Below are positions 18,031-26,930 of a DNA stretch of 64,000 nt, piece after piece. The stretch is from a virus (taxonomy: Duplodnaviria; Caudoviricetes). How positions within the stretch are numbered: position 1 is the first letter of the stretch; each line of letters begins with the position of its first letter. Where the stretch lies: positions 27,993 through 91,992 of IMG/VR virus record IMGVR_UViG_3300033073_001448; one strand, written 5' to 3'. The notes under the pieces are model-generated. The model was not told the origin of the DNA, ran no database searches, and saw only the letters and a list, made by a program, of their open reading frames with translations. The translations under genes and the position numbers were made by a program.

Positions 18031-18113
18031 TACTTAGGTACTACTTTTAAAACGGTTGACCAAAAATTTCCAATTTGTTATAATATAGGTATAGTGAACA
18101 ATAAGGAGCCGAT
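18027..18113 (+). promoter_or_regulatory. early promoter cassette
   Basis: GTAATAC-TTAG-GTACTAC; TTGACC 18056, 17 nt, TATAAT 18079; TAAGGAG. Confidence 0.85.
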
Positions 18114-18887
18114 ATGCCTGGATTTGTAGATGTTACTGGTTGGACCAGCGAAGAAGTGCGCCGCTTGGGGCATGCTGATGACTACGATGATGTAGATCAG
18201 CCCCGTCGCGGTCGCCGCAGTTATAGCCGGCCCGTGGGCACAAAGTATACAGCCGCTGACGTCTGGGCCGCCGCGGCTGCCGCACATCGTGTGAACGATG
18301 GCTATGTCAAGGAAGAAACTTATCACTACGACGAAGCAACCAACACTCGCGTCTTGCTTAAACGCCGCAACCGTGACTTGGTAGCAGAGTTCCTTGCCCA
18401 ACCCAACACCATCCTGCCCCAAGATCGCGAGCAGGGTCAAACAGTTCGTGACTTCCTACAAAAGGATCTAACCTTCCGTGGGCTCAAAGGCCGACTCAAC
18501 GACTTTGACGTGGCCGCAAGCCGTTGTCTTGCCCTGGCAGAATTTGACACAGTTCAGCATCGTTATGAACTGGCAGTGGTAGCATGCCTGCCCAATTCAG
18601 CCGCCAAGCAACAGGTTCGCCAGTCAACAGACGAGCGTATCAAGTTTGCTACAGGTGGCTTGATTGGTCAGCCCGATGACAAGGTCACAGTGAACCTTGA
18701 GGTGCTGACCAGCACCTGGAGTGCCAACTATGGCATCTACTGGATTCGTGGCATCACGGATCAGGATCAGCCTGTGTTCTTCAGCAACAAAGAAAACTTT
18801 GACGCAGGAACACATCTCACTGTTCGGGGAACGGTAAAGGCCCACAAAGATAACTTTACCCAACTTAACCGTGTGAAGGTGCTGTAA
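18114..18887 (+). CDS. hypothetical protein with C-terminal OB-fold-like domain
   Basis: ...LTVRGTVKAH...TQLNRVK. Confidence 0.65.
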   Translation: MPGFVDVTGWTSEEVRRLGHADDYDDVDQPRRGRRSYSRPVGTKYTAADVWAAAAAAHRVNDGYVKEETYHYDEATNTRVLLKRRNRDLVAEFLAQPNTILPQDREQGQTVRDFLQKDLTFRGLKGRLNDFDVAASRCLALAEFDTVQHRYELAVVACLPNSAAKQQVRQSTDERIKFATGGLIGQPDDKVTVNLEVLTSTWSANYGIYWIRGITDQDQPVFFSNKENFDAGTHLTVRGTVKAHKDNFTQLNRVKVL

Positions 18888-19015
18888 TGACCAAGTTTGT
18901 TATTGGGTTCGTGGCTGGTATTGTTGTGGCCACAGTGGGATTCTCGGGCATCACAAAGGTGCTGGATCGAGGCGTTCAAACTATTCAACAACAAACCAAA
19001 GAACTTGCACAATAA
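18887..19015 (+). CDS. small membrane protein
   Basis: TAATG coupling; MTKFVLGFVAGIVVATVGFSG. Confidence 0.6.
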   Translation: MTKFVIGFVAGIVVATVGFSGITKVLDRGVQTIQQQTKELAQ

Positions 19016-19037
19016 CTGCATTGGCTTTAAATAGACG

Positions 19038-20501
19038 ATGCACCTAAAATGTCTTGACAACGCAGGTCGAACCGCAGATGTTGTGTTGATCACAACACCT
19101 TGGGTTAACACTAACTTGCCGTTGATGGCCCCTGCTTCTTTGAAGCCTGCCATTGAAATGGCAGGCTATTCTTCTTTTTGTACCGATCTAAATGGTGAGG
19201 TCTATAATCTTCTACAACAGCACCCGTACCGAGAACAGGTGTTGGAATTTTTCTTTGCAGGCACCACGTGTGACAAGATCAAAGATTGGGTTGAAGATTT
19301 TATGAACAGCACTGTAGATCAAATTTTGCAATTTAATCCAAAGTTTGTTGGTCTGAGCTTGTTTACCTATGCGTCACGGAGTGCCTGTTTTTGGATTTGT
19401 GAAAAAATAAAGCAACGTCAGCCCGAGATCAAAATCATAGTTGGCGGCGCTGGTTGCTTGGAGTCTTTCACTGGTCCAGGAATATTTGCTGAAGAAATGA
19501 TAGCTCTAGGGTTGGTAGATTATCATATACGAGGCGATGGTGAACATGCATTGACTCAGTTACTGTTGGGCAACGATCGGTATCCGGGCATCAACAGCCC
19601 AACATGGAAAGAAATTACCAACGAAGAACTACATCAACTTCCTTGGCCTAATTACGACGATTATGATTTTTCGCAATACGAACGCAAAGTAATTGGTATA
19701 CACGGCAGTCGCGGATGTGTGCGAGCTTGTACATTTTGTGACTACATTGAAAATTGGACCAAGTTTCAGTGGCGCACCGCCGAAAGCATATTTGAAGAAA
19801 TGAAAACGCAGTACAAAAAATATGGCATGCGTTACTTTAAATTCAACGATACACTGACCAATGGCAATCTCAAAGAATTCAACAAGTTGATTAAATTATT
19901 GGCCGACCACAACATAGCCAATCCCAACGATCGTTTGCATTGGGGCGGTTACTATATTTTTAGAGAACAGTCAGCCAACGATGACGAAATGTGGAATACT
20001 ATCAAACAATCAGGAGCTTCGTTTTTGGTAGTAGGCATTGAGAATCTCAATGAGGAGATTAGATACCATATTGGCAAAAAGTTCAGCAATGCCAGTATTG
20101 ATTATCATCTTGCCCAGGCCAAAAAACATCGCATAGGCATGCTATTGTTGTTTATTGTGGGCTATGTTACTGAAACTCAGCAACACATTGACTTTAGTAA
20201 AAAGTGGCTAGAGGATCATGTTGAGTTCAAAGATTCTATTCAACTACATTGGGACCAAACCTTGGCTATCTTTCCCAATACGCATTTGCATCGCAACAAA
20301 GACCAGTTAGGCATTAAACTAGGAACCAACCCTCACCTTTGGATCAACATTGAGACTGGGTCCGATCAATCTACCCGCGCTCAATGGATACAAGAGTTAG
20401 TAGACAAAAGTCGAGAGTTAGGCTATAACATCTTAGACAAGGTTGACAATCACTATTATTTAGAGCAGAAATTAAGTGCATTGTCTATGAAAAATCTGTA
20501 A
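19038..20501 (+). CDS. B12-binding radical SAM protein
   Basis: SRGCVRACTFC (CxxxCxxC); N-terminal VGLSLF/IIVGGA/GDGE cobalamin-binding-type domain. Confidence 0.9.
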   Translation: MHLKCLDNAGRTADVVLITTPWVNTNLPLMAPASLKPAIEMAGYSSFCTDLNGEVYNLLQQHPYREQVLEFFFAGTTCDKIKDWVEDFMNSTVDQILQFNPKFVGLSLFTYASRSACFWICEKIKQRQPEIKIIVGGAGCLESFTGPGIFAEEMIALGLVDYHIRGDGEHALTQLLLGNDRYPGINSPTWKEITNEELHQLPWPNYDDYDFSQYERKVIGIHGSRGCVRACTFCDYIENWTKFQWRTAESIFEEMKTQYKKYGMRYFKFNDTLTNGNLKEFNKLIKLLADHNIANPNDRLHWGGYYIFREQSANDDEMWNTIKQSGASFLVVGIENLNEEIRYHIGKKFSNASIDYHLAQAKKHRIGMLLLFIVGYVTETQQHIDFSKKWLEDHVEFKDSIQLHWDQTLAIFPNTHLHRNKDQLGIKLGTNPHLWINIETGSDQSTRAQWIQELVDKSRELGYNILDKVDNHYYLEQKLSALSMKNL

Positions 20502-20647
20502 CACTTTGGTACTACAAAAAATTTACCAAAAGTGGTTGACCATAAAAGGCAGAAGTGTTACAATCTAAACATGTTCGGCAAAAACGAACAAATCGAATCA
20601 AAATTATTGCAAAATTGGTTGACACTAAATCGCAGTTTTGCTATAAT
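20498..20647 (+). promoter_or_regulatory. tandem sigma70 promoters with upstream GTAACAC-N4-GTACTAC
   Basis: TTGACC 20536/TACAAT 20559 and TTGACA 20619/TATAAT 20642, both with 17-nt spacers. Confidence 0.8.
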
Positions 20648-20715
20648 ATTGATATGTTGAGCAGTAAGGCGCAACATTTTTTCAACCCTGTTAGGCAACT
20701 TTGAAAGGCAACTTT

Positions 20716-21072
20716 ATGTCCGCAGACAAACTTTTTACCGTGGCTGGTACCGCTCGCAACTCCGACGGCACCGTTAAGGCCCGTTTCGCTAATGACTTGG
20801 TGGCTCGCATCAAGATCCTCAACAAAGCAGGTTGCACCGATGTTAATCTCATCGAACTGCCCCGTGCTATGACCAAACTGGAAGCTCTCCAGTATCTTAC
20901 CGAGCAAGGTATCACTGAAGGTGATGCCGGTTTTGCTGTGGCCAATAAACTGGCCGAGAAGGCCAAGGTTGCCAAGAAAGGCGAAGTCAAGGTCAAGGCC
21001 ACCAAGGCCAAAGCCAAGACCACCGCTAAGGCCACTATCAAGTCTGATGCTGTTGAAAGCACCAACGCTTAA
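20716..21072 (+). CDS. hypothetical protein with Lys/Ala-rich tail
   Basis: KARFAND...ELPRAMTK; basic C-terminus. Confidence 0.75.
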   Translation: MSADKLFTVAGTARNSDGTVKARFANDLVARIKILNKAGCTDVNLIELPRAMTKLEALQYLTEQGITEGDAGFAVANKLAEKAKVAKKGEVKVKATKAKAKTTAKATIKSDAVESTNA

Positions 21073-21089
21073 ACTATCAGGCTCACAAC

Positions 21090-21118
21090 AGCGGCACCAA
21101 GGGTGCCGCTTTTTCTTT
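21090..21118 (+). terminator. intrinsic terminator
   Basis: AGCGGCACC-AAG-GGTGCCGCT-TTTT. Confidence 0.9.
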
Positions 21119-21185
21119 GCCCAAAATATTCTGGGCACTAAATACTAGGCTGGAATTATAACAATAAACAGCCTATCTACACCGC

Positions 21186-21434
21186 ATGCCTTTACCATGT
21201 TATCGTGCAGTGGAACCACTGTACATTGTAATTTTTAGAAACAACCCACAGGCTGAATCTCGATTACGGTCCTGGATCAAGGACCACCGTGTGGAACATG
21301 CAGTGGTTCAAGGTAACAAGATGATGCTCCATCACCAGCAGGCCCTGGATCGATTTATGATTACCTGGCGAGACAACTGGGAATCAATCACAATTTGGGA
21401 CACTTGGAATCGCAAGCACATCTACGTGGCTTGA
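21186..21434 (+). CDS. hypothetical protein (possible distant FxLRW relative)
   Basis: SWIKDH...ALDRFMITW. Confidence 0.65.
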   Translation: MPLPCYRAVEPLYIVIFRNNPQAESRLRSWIKDHRVEHAVVQGNKMMLHHQQALDRFMITWRDNWESITIWDTWNRKHIYVA

Positions 21435-21455
21435 CTAGAGTGCCAAATTTCACTC

Positions 21456-21491
21456 ATAGACGTTGACAACGTCTATAAATTGTTGTACAAT
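21456..21491 (+). promoter_or_regulatory. sigma70 promoter with a perfect palindrome over the -35
   Basis: ATAGACGTTG-A-CAACGTCTAT; TTGACA-17-TACAAT. Confidence 0.8.
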
Positions 21492-21511
21492 TACTGTTCA
21501 AGGAGAATACT

Positions 21512-21700
21512 ATGTCAACACAACATGACGCAATCAAATCTGCCTACGAAACCTATCTAGCAGAAAACGAAAAATTTACCGCCAAGGGTGTCAAAGCATC
21601 AGCGGCTCGTGCTCGCAAGGCCTTGCAAGAATTAGGCAAAGCGCTCAAAGAGCGTCGCAAGGAAATCACTGCTGAGAAAGAGGCGCTGGCAGCAAAATGA
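21512..21700 (+). CDS. histone H1-like Hc1-family nucleoid protein
   Basis: EKFTAKGVKASAARARKALQELGKALKERRKEI. Confidence 0.75.
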   Translation: MSTQHDAIKSAYETYLAENEKFTAKGVKASAARARKALQELGKALKERRKEITAEKEALAAK

Positions 21701-21891
21701 AATTGAGAAAGTTGGCCCATGATCATGTGCAGGACTGGCCTATGATCATGACTGCTGAAGATCAGCAGAAGATGCTACGCGAGAAACTGGAACGTGCAGC
21801 CATTTGGGCCAGCACCGCCGGTGCTTGTGTAGCGGACATTCTCAAGGAATGTTGCTGTGAGTACCATCGACAACAAGATCAAATTAGATAA
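21697..21891 (+). CDS. hypothetical protein
   Basis: coupled ORF. Confidence 0.5.
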   Translation: MKLRKLAHDHVQDWPMIMTAEDQQKMLREKLERAAIWASTAGACVADILKECCCEYHRQQDQIR

Positions 21892-22390
21892 CCCTTTTAA
21901 AATCGAACCATTAACTCCCGATTCTATTACTATTGGACCGCTTGAGAGTACCACTATTGGTGCTATTGGCAGTGATACAATCAGCACAATAGATCTCAGT
22001 AGCTCAACACTGACCTATTCTAGTAGTCCAAATTACACTATCAACAATAGTGCATTACCAAACAGCATTTGGACTACAACCACTACCGGAACCGGATACA
22101 ATTGGTCTGGTGTAGGTGGAGTCAGCGACGGAACCACCGTAGGTGCTGGAGGCAAGATATCATTAAAGGGACCGGACGCCGACGTTGACATCAACGGCAA
22201 GAGTCTCAAAAACTGGATGGAAAAAGTAGAAGAGCGTTTGAATATTCTTACCCCAAATCCCGAACTTGAAAAAGAGTGGGACGACTTGCGTAAGTTAGGT
22301 GAACGCTATCGTAAACTAGAAAAGAAGTGCAAAGAGAAAGCCGAAGTATGGAAAAAACTCAAAGAGATGCCTCCACCAAAACTGGATTGA
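21857..22390 (+). CDS. conserved phage hypothetical protein
   Basis: Thr/Ser-rich N-terminus; INGKSL...VEERLNILTPNPELEKEW. Confidence 0.75.
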   Translation: MSTIDNKIKLDNPFKIEPLTPDSITIGPLESTTIGAIGSDTISTIDLSSSTLTYSSSPNYTINNSALPNSIWTTTTTGTGYNWSGVGGVSDGTTVGAGGKISLKGPDADVDINGKSLKNWMEKVEERLNILTPNPELEKEWDDLRKLGERYRKLEKKCKEKAEVWKKLKEMPPPKLD

Positions 22391-23202
22391 CTCCCCGGCA
22401 ACGCATCAGCCATATCACAAAGTGGTTGAAGCAGTATGCCCGCAGTGCCAAAATCAACACTTTTGTAGTGGGTATTTCCGGTGGCATTGATTCCTCAGTG
22501 GTCAGTGCGCTGTGCGCCAAGACGGGTATCAAGACCATTGTGGTTCAGATGCCCATTCGTCAAAACAAGACTTTGGACAATCGCAGTTCAATGCAAGCCA
22601 CCTGGCTGCTGAATCAACATCCAGAAACTGTCACCCACATGAGCATGGACTTGACTCCGGTGTTCTCTGCGTTTGAAAAGAAAGTGGATCCTTTCTGCAA
22701 CATCGAAGATGATACTTACGGAACATACAAACTGGCATCTGCTAACTCACGTGCTAGACTGCGAATGATGACCTTGTACCAGATTGCTCAGTGCCACAAC
22801 GGCATTGTTGTGGGCACAGGCAACAAAGTGGAAGACTTTGGCGTGGGCTTTTTTACCAAGTATGGTGATGGTGGCGTGGACATTAGTCCCATTGGCGATT
22901 GCTTGAAAACCGAAGTCTGGGACATGGGCCGTGAACTGGGCCTGGAGCAAGAGATCATTGACGCAGAACCCACTGACGGACTCTGGGACGACGGCCGTAC
23001 AGACGAAGGTCAACTGGGCATGACATATCCTGAACTGGAACGGGCCATGGCCAATGACAAGATTGACCGAGACTGTGTATATGAAACTTTGGAAATCCCA
23101 ATGGACCGAACCGAAAAGGCACAGTTAAAAAAGTATCGTGAGATTCGTGCTCGTAACCTGCACAAAATGCAACCAATTCCTGTGTGCGAAATGCCCAAGT
23201 AA
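22327..23202 (+). CDS. nadE: NH3-dependent NAD+ synthetase
   Basis: GISGGIDS, NSRARLRM, GTGNKVE..VGFFTKYGDG, PT.GLW...TDE; start approximate. Confidence 0.92.
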   Translation: MQRESRSMEKTQRDASTKTGLTPRQRISHITKWLKQYARSAKINTFVVGISGGIDSSVVSALCAKTGIKTIVVQMPIRQNKTLDNRSSMQATWLLNQHPETVTHMSMDLTPVFSAFEKKVDPFCNIEDDTYGTYKLASANSRARLRMMTLYQIAQCHNGIVVGTGNKVEDFGVGFFTKYGDGGVDISPIGDCLKTEVWDMGRELGLEQEIIDAEPTDGLWDDGRTDEGQLGMTYPELERAMANDKIDRDCVYETLEIPMDRTEKAQLKKYREIRARNLHKMQPIPVCEMPK

Positions 23203-23284
23203 ACTACGCCGTTTACTTCAAAACGGCACCTTTTTGGCCCGGTCTTTGGCCGGTTCTTCAACCATCTGAGTAAGTAAAACTACC

Positions 23285-23860
23285 ATGAAAGCACAAGTAA
23301 ACTACATCAGTGATCAACTCACAACTTGGAGTTCACGAGCACTCAAAGCCGCAGGGCTTTGGTTAGTGGTCTTAGCAGTGATTGCTGTTTGCGATCATCG
23401 TCTCGGAGAACTTCGCTCGGGTGTGGAAACCATGCCCCCTGGTTATGTGTCGGCCCAAGAAAAAATCCGTCAATTGGATTGCTTGACTCGTAATATCTAC
23501 TGGGAAGCCGCTTCTGAGCCTTTTGAAGGCAAAGTAGCAGTGGCCCAAGTCACAATGAACAGACTTGCATCTGGACGCTTTGGCGATTCTGTATGTGGAG
23601 TTATCTATCAAAAGAATATTATCTACGAAAAGGTAATTTGCCAATTTTCGTGGGTGTGTGAAACCACACACAAGACCAAACCTGTGTATCAGCCCTTATG
23701 GGCAGAATCAGAACTAGTGGCCAGAAAAGTGTTGTTGGAAAACTTCCGCTTGCCCGGACTCAAAGAAGCACTGTACTATCACGCAGATTATGTAAGCCCG
23801 GGATGGAAAAAACCCCGAATTGATAAAATTGGTCGTCACATTTTTTACGGAGAGCGTTAA
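23285..23860 (+). CDS. cell wall hydrolase (SleB/Hydrolase_2 family), membrane anchored
   Basis: NIYWEAASEPFEGKVAVAQVTMNR, CQFSW, YYHADYV.P.W, IGRHIFY. Confidence 0.9.
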   Translation: MKAQVNYISDQLTTWSSRALKAAGLWLVVLAVIAVCDHRLGELRSGVETMPPGYVSAQEKIRQLDCLTRNIYWEAASEPFEGKVAVAQVTMNRLASGRFGDSVCGVIYQKNIIYEKVICQFSWVCETTHKTKPVYQPLWAESELVARKVLLENFRLPGLKEALYYHADYVSPGWKKPRIDKIGRHIFYGER

Positions 23861-24174
23861 TGCCTTTTAAGTTTCCTGTCACCATTGTTGCTATTCGCGA
23901 ATTTCTCAACAATAGCCTTGCAAAACTTTCGGCTGATACACTAGGCTGGCTAGCAGCCATTGTGCTACATTGTGCCACTTTGCCAGCATTTCTGGCTCTG
24001 ATGACCGGACTGTCAGACAAGACACCAGGTTTGGACACGATCTTGTTTCTCTGGGGTGGCCTGGTGCTGTTGTTTTTGCGAGCAGTGGTACTCAAAGATA
24101 TCCTCAACATCATTACTATTGGCTTTGGTTTTATACTGCAAGCAGGGTGCATGGCGCTGATCTTGTTTAAGTAA
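23860..24174 (+). CDS. small 3-TM membrane protein
   Basis: hydrophobic segments; coupled to the hydrolase gene. Confidence 0.7.
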   Translation: MPFKFPVTIVAIREFLNNSLAKLSADTLGWLAAIVLHCATLPAFLALMTGLSDKTPGLDTILFLWGGLVLLFLRAVVLKDILNIITIGFGFILQAGCMALILFK

Positions 24175-24177
24175 AAA

Positions 24178-24214
24178 GTATTACATTGACCAATAATCCT
24201 ATATTTGCTATAAT
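24178..24214 (+). promoter_or_regulatory. sigma70 promoter (leaderless) with GTATTAC half-site
   Basis: TTGACC 24186, 17 nt, TATAAT 24209; ATG 6 nt downstream. Confidence 0.8.
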
Positions 24215-24220
24215 ATAGGC

Positions 24221-24448
24221 ATGATTACGCAAACAACCAAGACTTACATTTGTCTGCGCCCTGGCGACCCGGACTTTGCATTTTCGCCCAATGGCATCTC
24301 CCTGGTGCCACGTGCAGGTTTTGAAATCAGCAAAAAGTGTCCGGACCATTACAAACAGATTTTAATGGAATGCTTGCGGCATGACTGGATCACGCCTGTG
24401 GCACACATGCGCGACACTGAATATACCATGGAGTTACTTCGAAAATGA
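24221..24448 (+). CDS. hypothetical protein
   Basis: ORF after promoter. Confidence 0.7.
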   Translation: MITQTTKTYICLRPGDPDFAFSPNGISLVPRAGFEISKKCPDHYKQILMECLRHDWITPVAHMRDTEYTMELLRK

Positions 24449-24840
24449 CAATGCATCTTTGTGGCCCTGCCCTGAGTCTCAACGGCAAGAAAAAAGGCAA
24501 AGTCAAGTTCCGCAACGCCGAAGAGGCTCGCAAGGCACGTGAGCTTGCGGCCGACTGGGAGAAACTTAAAACTAAATGGGCTGTGCCCGCAAAGGAGAAA
24601 CGTGTGGGCAAAATTTTTGAACCCTTACACACTGGTGGTTATCGTTTGACTGCGCCGCCCGGTCGCACTACCTCTCGCGACTTGCCCAGCCGTGTCACAG
24701 AAGGCCATTCCACTGCGGCCGTACACAAGGTCTATACCGGCGACAAAGTTCTTGGCATTGCTACCATGCACAAGTCAAATGCTGTGCCTGTATTTGCACA
24801 GGAAGAGGCTGTGGAAATTTCCAAGATGCGTCGTGGCTAA
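24445..24840 (+). CDS. conserved T4-like phage protein
   Basis: YTGDKVLGIATMHKSNAVPVF...ISKMRR. Confidence 0.75.
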   Translation: MTMHLCGPALSLNGKKKGKVKFRNAEEARKARELAADWEKLKTKWAVPAKEKRVGKIFEPLHTGGYRLTAPPGRTTSRDLPSRVTEGHSTAAVHKVYTGDKVLGIATMHKSNAVPVFAQEEAVEISKMRRG

Positions 24841-25045
24841 ACCGCATTTTATTGTGGCTGACCCAGAGATAGCTCGTAGTCTTGGTCAACCTGTGATTGT
24901 GATGTTGAGCGACATTGCATTTTGGAACATAAATTATGATTCATTGCATGAATGGTGTCGGCAAAATCACAGTGAAGTGCAAGGTATGACTGTGAATATC
25001 CCCGACGATGTCACACTCACTGCATTTTGTTTGAGGTGGGCATGA
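24833..25045 (+). CDS. FxLRW-family small protein
   Basis: EWCRQN...TAFCLRWA*. Confidence 0.75.
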   Translation: MAKPHFIVADPEIARSLGQPVIVMLSDIAFWNINYDSLHEWCRQNHSEVQGMTVNIPDDVTLTAFCLRWA

Positions 25046-25278
25046 TCGAAATTACATTGAACAATCAACTCTGTGATCGAGTGCTATATTATGAAACTGG
25101 ATTCGAACAACTGCATCCTTTGCCTGAAATTCATTGCTGGATGGATCAGCGTGGCCAAACCTACCAACAAGATTGGCATGTCAAGCGTGTAAACCACACC
25201 ATGTATCAACGCAGTCATTACATGTTGGTTATCAACAACGACCAAATAGCAACTGAATTTGTACTACGCTGGCTATGA
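25042..25278 (+). CDS. FxLRW-family small protein
   Basis: CWMDQRG...ATEFVLRWL*. Confidence 0.75.
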   Translation: MIEITLNNQLCDRVLYYETGFEQLHPLPEIHCWMDQRGQTYQQDWHVKRVNHTMYQRSHYMLVINNDQIATEFVLRWL

Positions 25279-25493
25279 TAAAATATCACTATCCCTGGCC
25301 TGAGCAGGCACCTACACTAAAGGTTCCAGTGTTACACCGTGTGAACTTTTCGGGTTATCGTTTTGCAGAAATGCGTGAGTGGTTGGAAGCCAACTGTAGG
25401 GCACCATACTACACCAGTCCAGGATGGACCGGCAACTTTGTTGAGTTTGAAGACGACCAGGATGCCACTGCATTTGCACTGAGGTGGTCATGA
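25275..25493 (+). CDS. FxLRW-family small protein
   Basis: EWLEANC...VEFEDDQDATAFALRWS*. Confidence 0.8.
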   Translation: MIKYHYPWPEQAPTLKVPVLHRVNFSGYRFAEMREWLEANCRAPYYTSPGWTGNFVEFEDDQDATAFALRWS

Positions 25494-25714
25494 TCTTAGC
25501 CACAGTCAAACTGTATCATCCGAAACAACAAAATCGTTGGGTTGACGAAAGCCCTATCAATGTGTGGCTGTTGGCCAATGTTGGTGTTCATGCCCGCTAT
25601 AGAGATTTAGTAGACGAATCAAGACCGTGGCATGTGGATCATGAAAGAGATTATCTTGTGTATCACTTTGCTCGTGAGCGCGATGCCACAGCGTTTGCAC
25701 TGAAGTTTGCATGA
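25490..25714 (+). CDS. FxLRW-family small protein
   Basis: WLLANVG...YHFARERDATAFALKFA*. Confidence 0.8.
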   Translation: MILATVKLYHPKQQNRWVDESPINVWLLANVGVHARYRDLVDESRPWHVDHERDYLVYHFARERDATAFALKFA

Positions 25715-25932
25715 ATCCACTGTTGGTTCACGAAGTTGTAATCTACAACGATGATTGGTACAAGGCAGAAGCTTGGTGCGAGCAAAACATTGGGCAATTT
25801 AATATCACATGGTATAAACTTGGTATTGATCCGTTGGAGATGATGATGCGTTCCCCAGGAGCCAAAACCAAGACAGTTTGGTATTTCCTCCGCGAACAAG
25901 ACGCAACAATGTTTAAACTAAAATGGACGTGA
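25711..25932 (+). CDS. FxLKW-family small protein
   Basis: AWCEQNIG...WYFLREQDATMFKLKWT*. Confidence 0.8.
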   Translation: MNPLLVHEVVIYNDDWYKAEAWCEQNIGQFNITWYKLGIDPLEMMMRSPGAKTKTVWYFLREQDATMFKLKWT

Positions 25933-26144
25933 TGGGTACCAAAACATTTGCTGAAAAGGGCAGAGTTCGACTGGTGGGTGACGAAAGAGATGTCGCTGTG
26001 GTTTCAAACTATCGCGAAGATGTATGGGCATGGTGCGATGCCAACAACATCGAGGTGGAATATCAAGGAACTTTGGCCAAAGTAGATCTCTGGCGTATTC
26101 GCAATGAGCAACAACGTGTGGCATTTTTATTAAAATGGAGTTAG
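25932..26144 (+). CDS. FxLKW-family small protein
   Basis: AWCDANN...VAFLLKWS*. Confidence 0.75.
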   Translation: MGTKTFAEKGRVRLVGDERDVAVVSNYREDVWAWCDANNIEVEYQGTLAKVDLWRIRNEQQRVAFLLKWS

Positions 26145-26386
26145 ATATCAGCGAAGGCTCAGTGTATGGTGCAAGGTACTATACTGTGCGCCCAATGTTT
26201 CCAGCACATGCGCCAACTTGGTTTAGGCAAGAATGGGATGATATGCTACAATGGTGTGTTAGTACATTCGGTCCCACACCTGAAGATGGTGTATGGACAC
26301 CTGGTGCTCGCTGGTATGTCAACAATTCTAAGTTTTGGTTTCGAAATGAGCAAGATCGCTCTTGGTTTGTATTAAGGTGGACATGA
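26135..26386 (+). CDS. FxLRW-family small protein
   Basis: QWCVSTFG...FWFRNEQDRSWFVLRWT*. Confidence 0.8.
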   Translation: MELDISEGSVYGARYYTVRPMFPAHAPTWFRQEWDDMLQWCVSTFGPTPEDGVWTPGARWYVNNSKFWFRNEQDRSWFVLRWT

Positions 26387-26631
26387 TGCCGGAACGATTT
26401 TGTGTACCGATTACCTATGGCAACTTTGGTGAAAAGTGGCCCACATACTTTGAAAACTTTTTTCGACATTGCAATGAAATAGCCGAAGCCAATGGCTGGA
26501 TGCCTATTACCGTGATGAACCATCAACTAAAACCCTATGGAGGCAAACTGATTATGACCAAAACACAAGGATGGTATCTGCGATGGGACACCGAATCTGC
26601 ACAAACGGCGTTTGTACTGAAATGGAATTAA
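26383..26631 (+). CDS. FxLKW-family small protein
   Basis: LRWDTESAQTAFVLKWN*. Confidence 0.75.
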   Translation: MMPERFCVPITYGNFGEKWPTYFENFFRHCNEIAEANGWMPITVMNHQLKPYGGKLIMTKTQGWYLRWDTESAQTAFVLKWN

Positions 26632-26633
26632 TT

Positions 26634-26930
26634 ATGTCAGGATTTCAATCAAAGCGCATGATAACAACCCATGGACGAGGAATGGGCAAATCAGTTTGGG
26701 CCAATATGATTAGAGAACTAACAATGCCAGATGTAAAAGTTTTGGACAGTGCCGACGTTGACGGAAAAACATGGTATACAGTACAATTGAGTATGCCTGC
26801 CAGGGAGTGGCTACGGGAACAACCTACAGAAGATTGGCATGAGCACATTGATCAACGATATTACGTAAATCAAAGTATGTTTGACATAAGTGAACAGATG
26901 TATTCAGCACTGACATTAAAATGGAGTTGA
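26634..26930 (+). CDS. LKW-family small protein with N-terminal GRGMGKS
   Basis: EWLREQ...YSALTLKWS*. Confidence 0.7.
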   Translation: MSGFQSKRMITTHGRGMGKSVWANMIRELTMPDVKVLDSADVDGKTWYTVQLSMPAREWLREQPTEDWHEHIDQRYYVNQSMFDISEQMYSALTLKWS

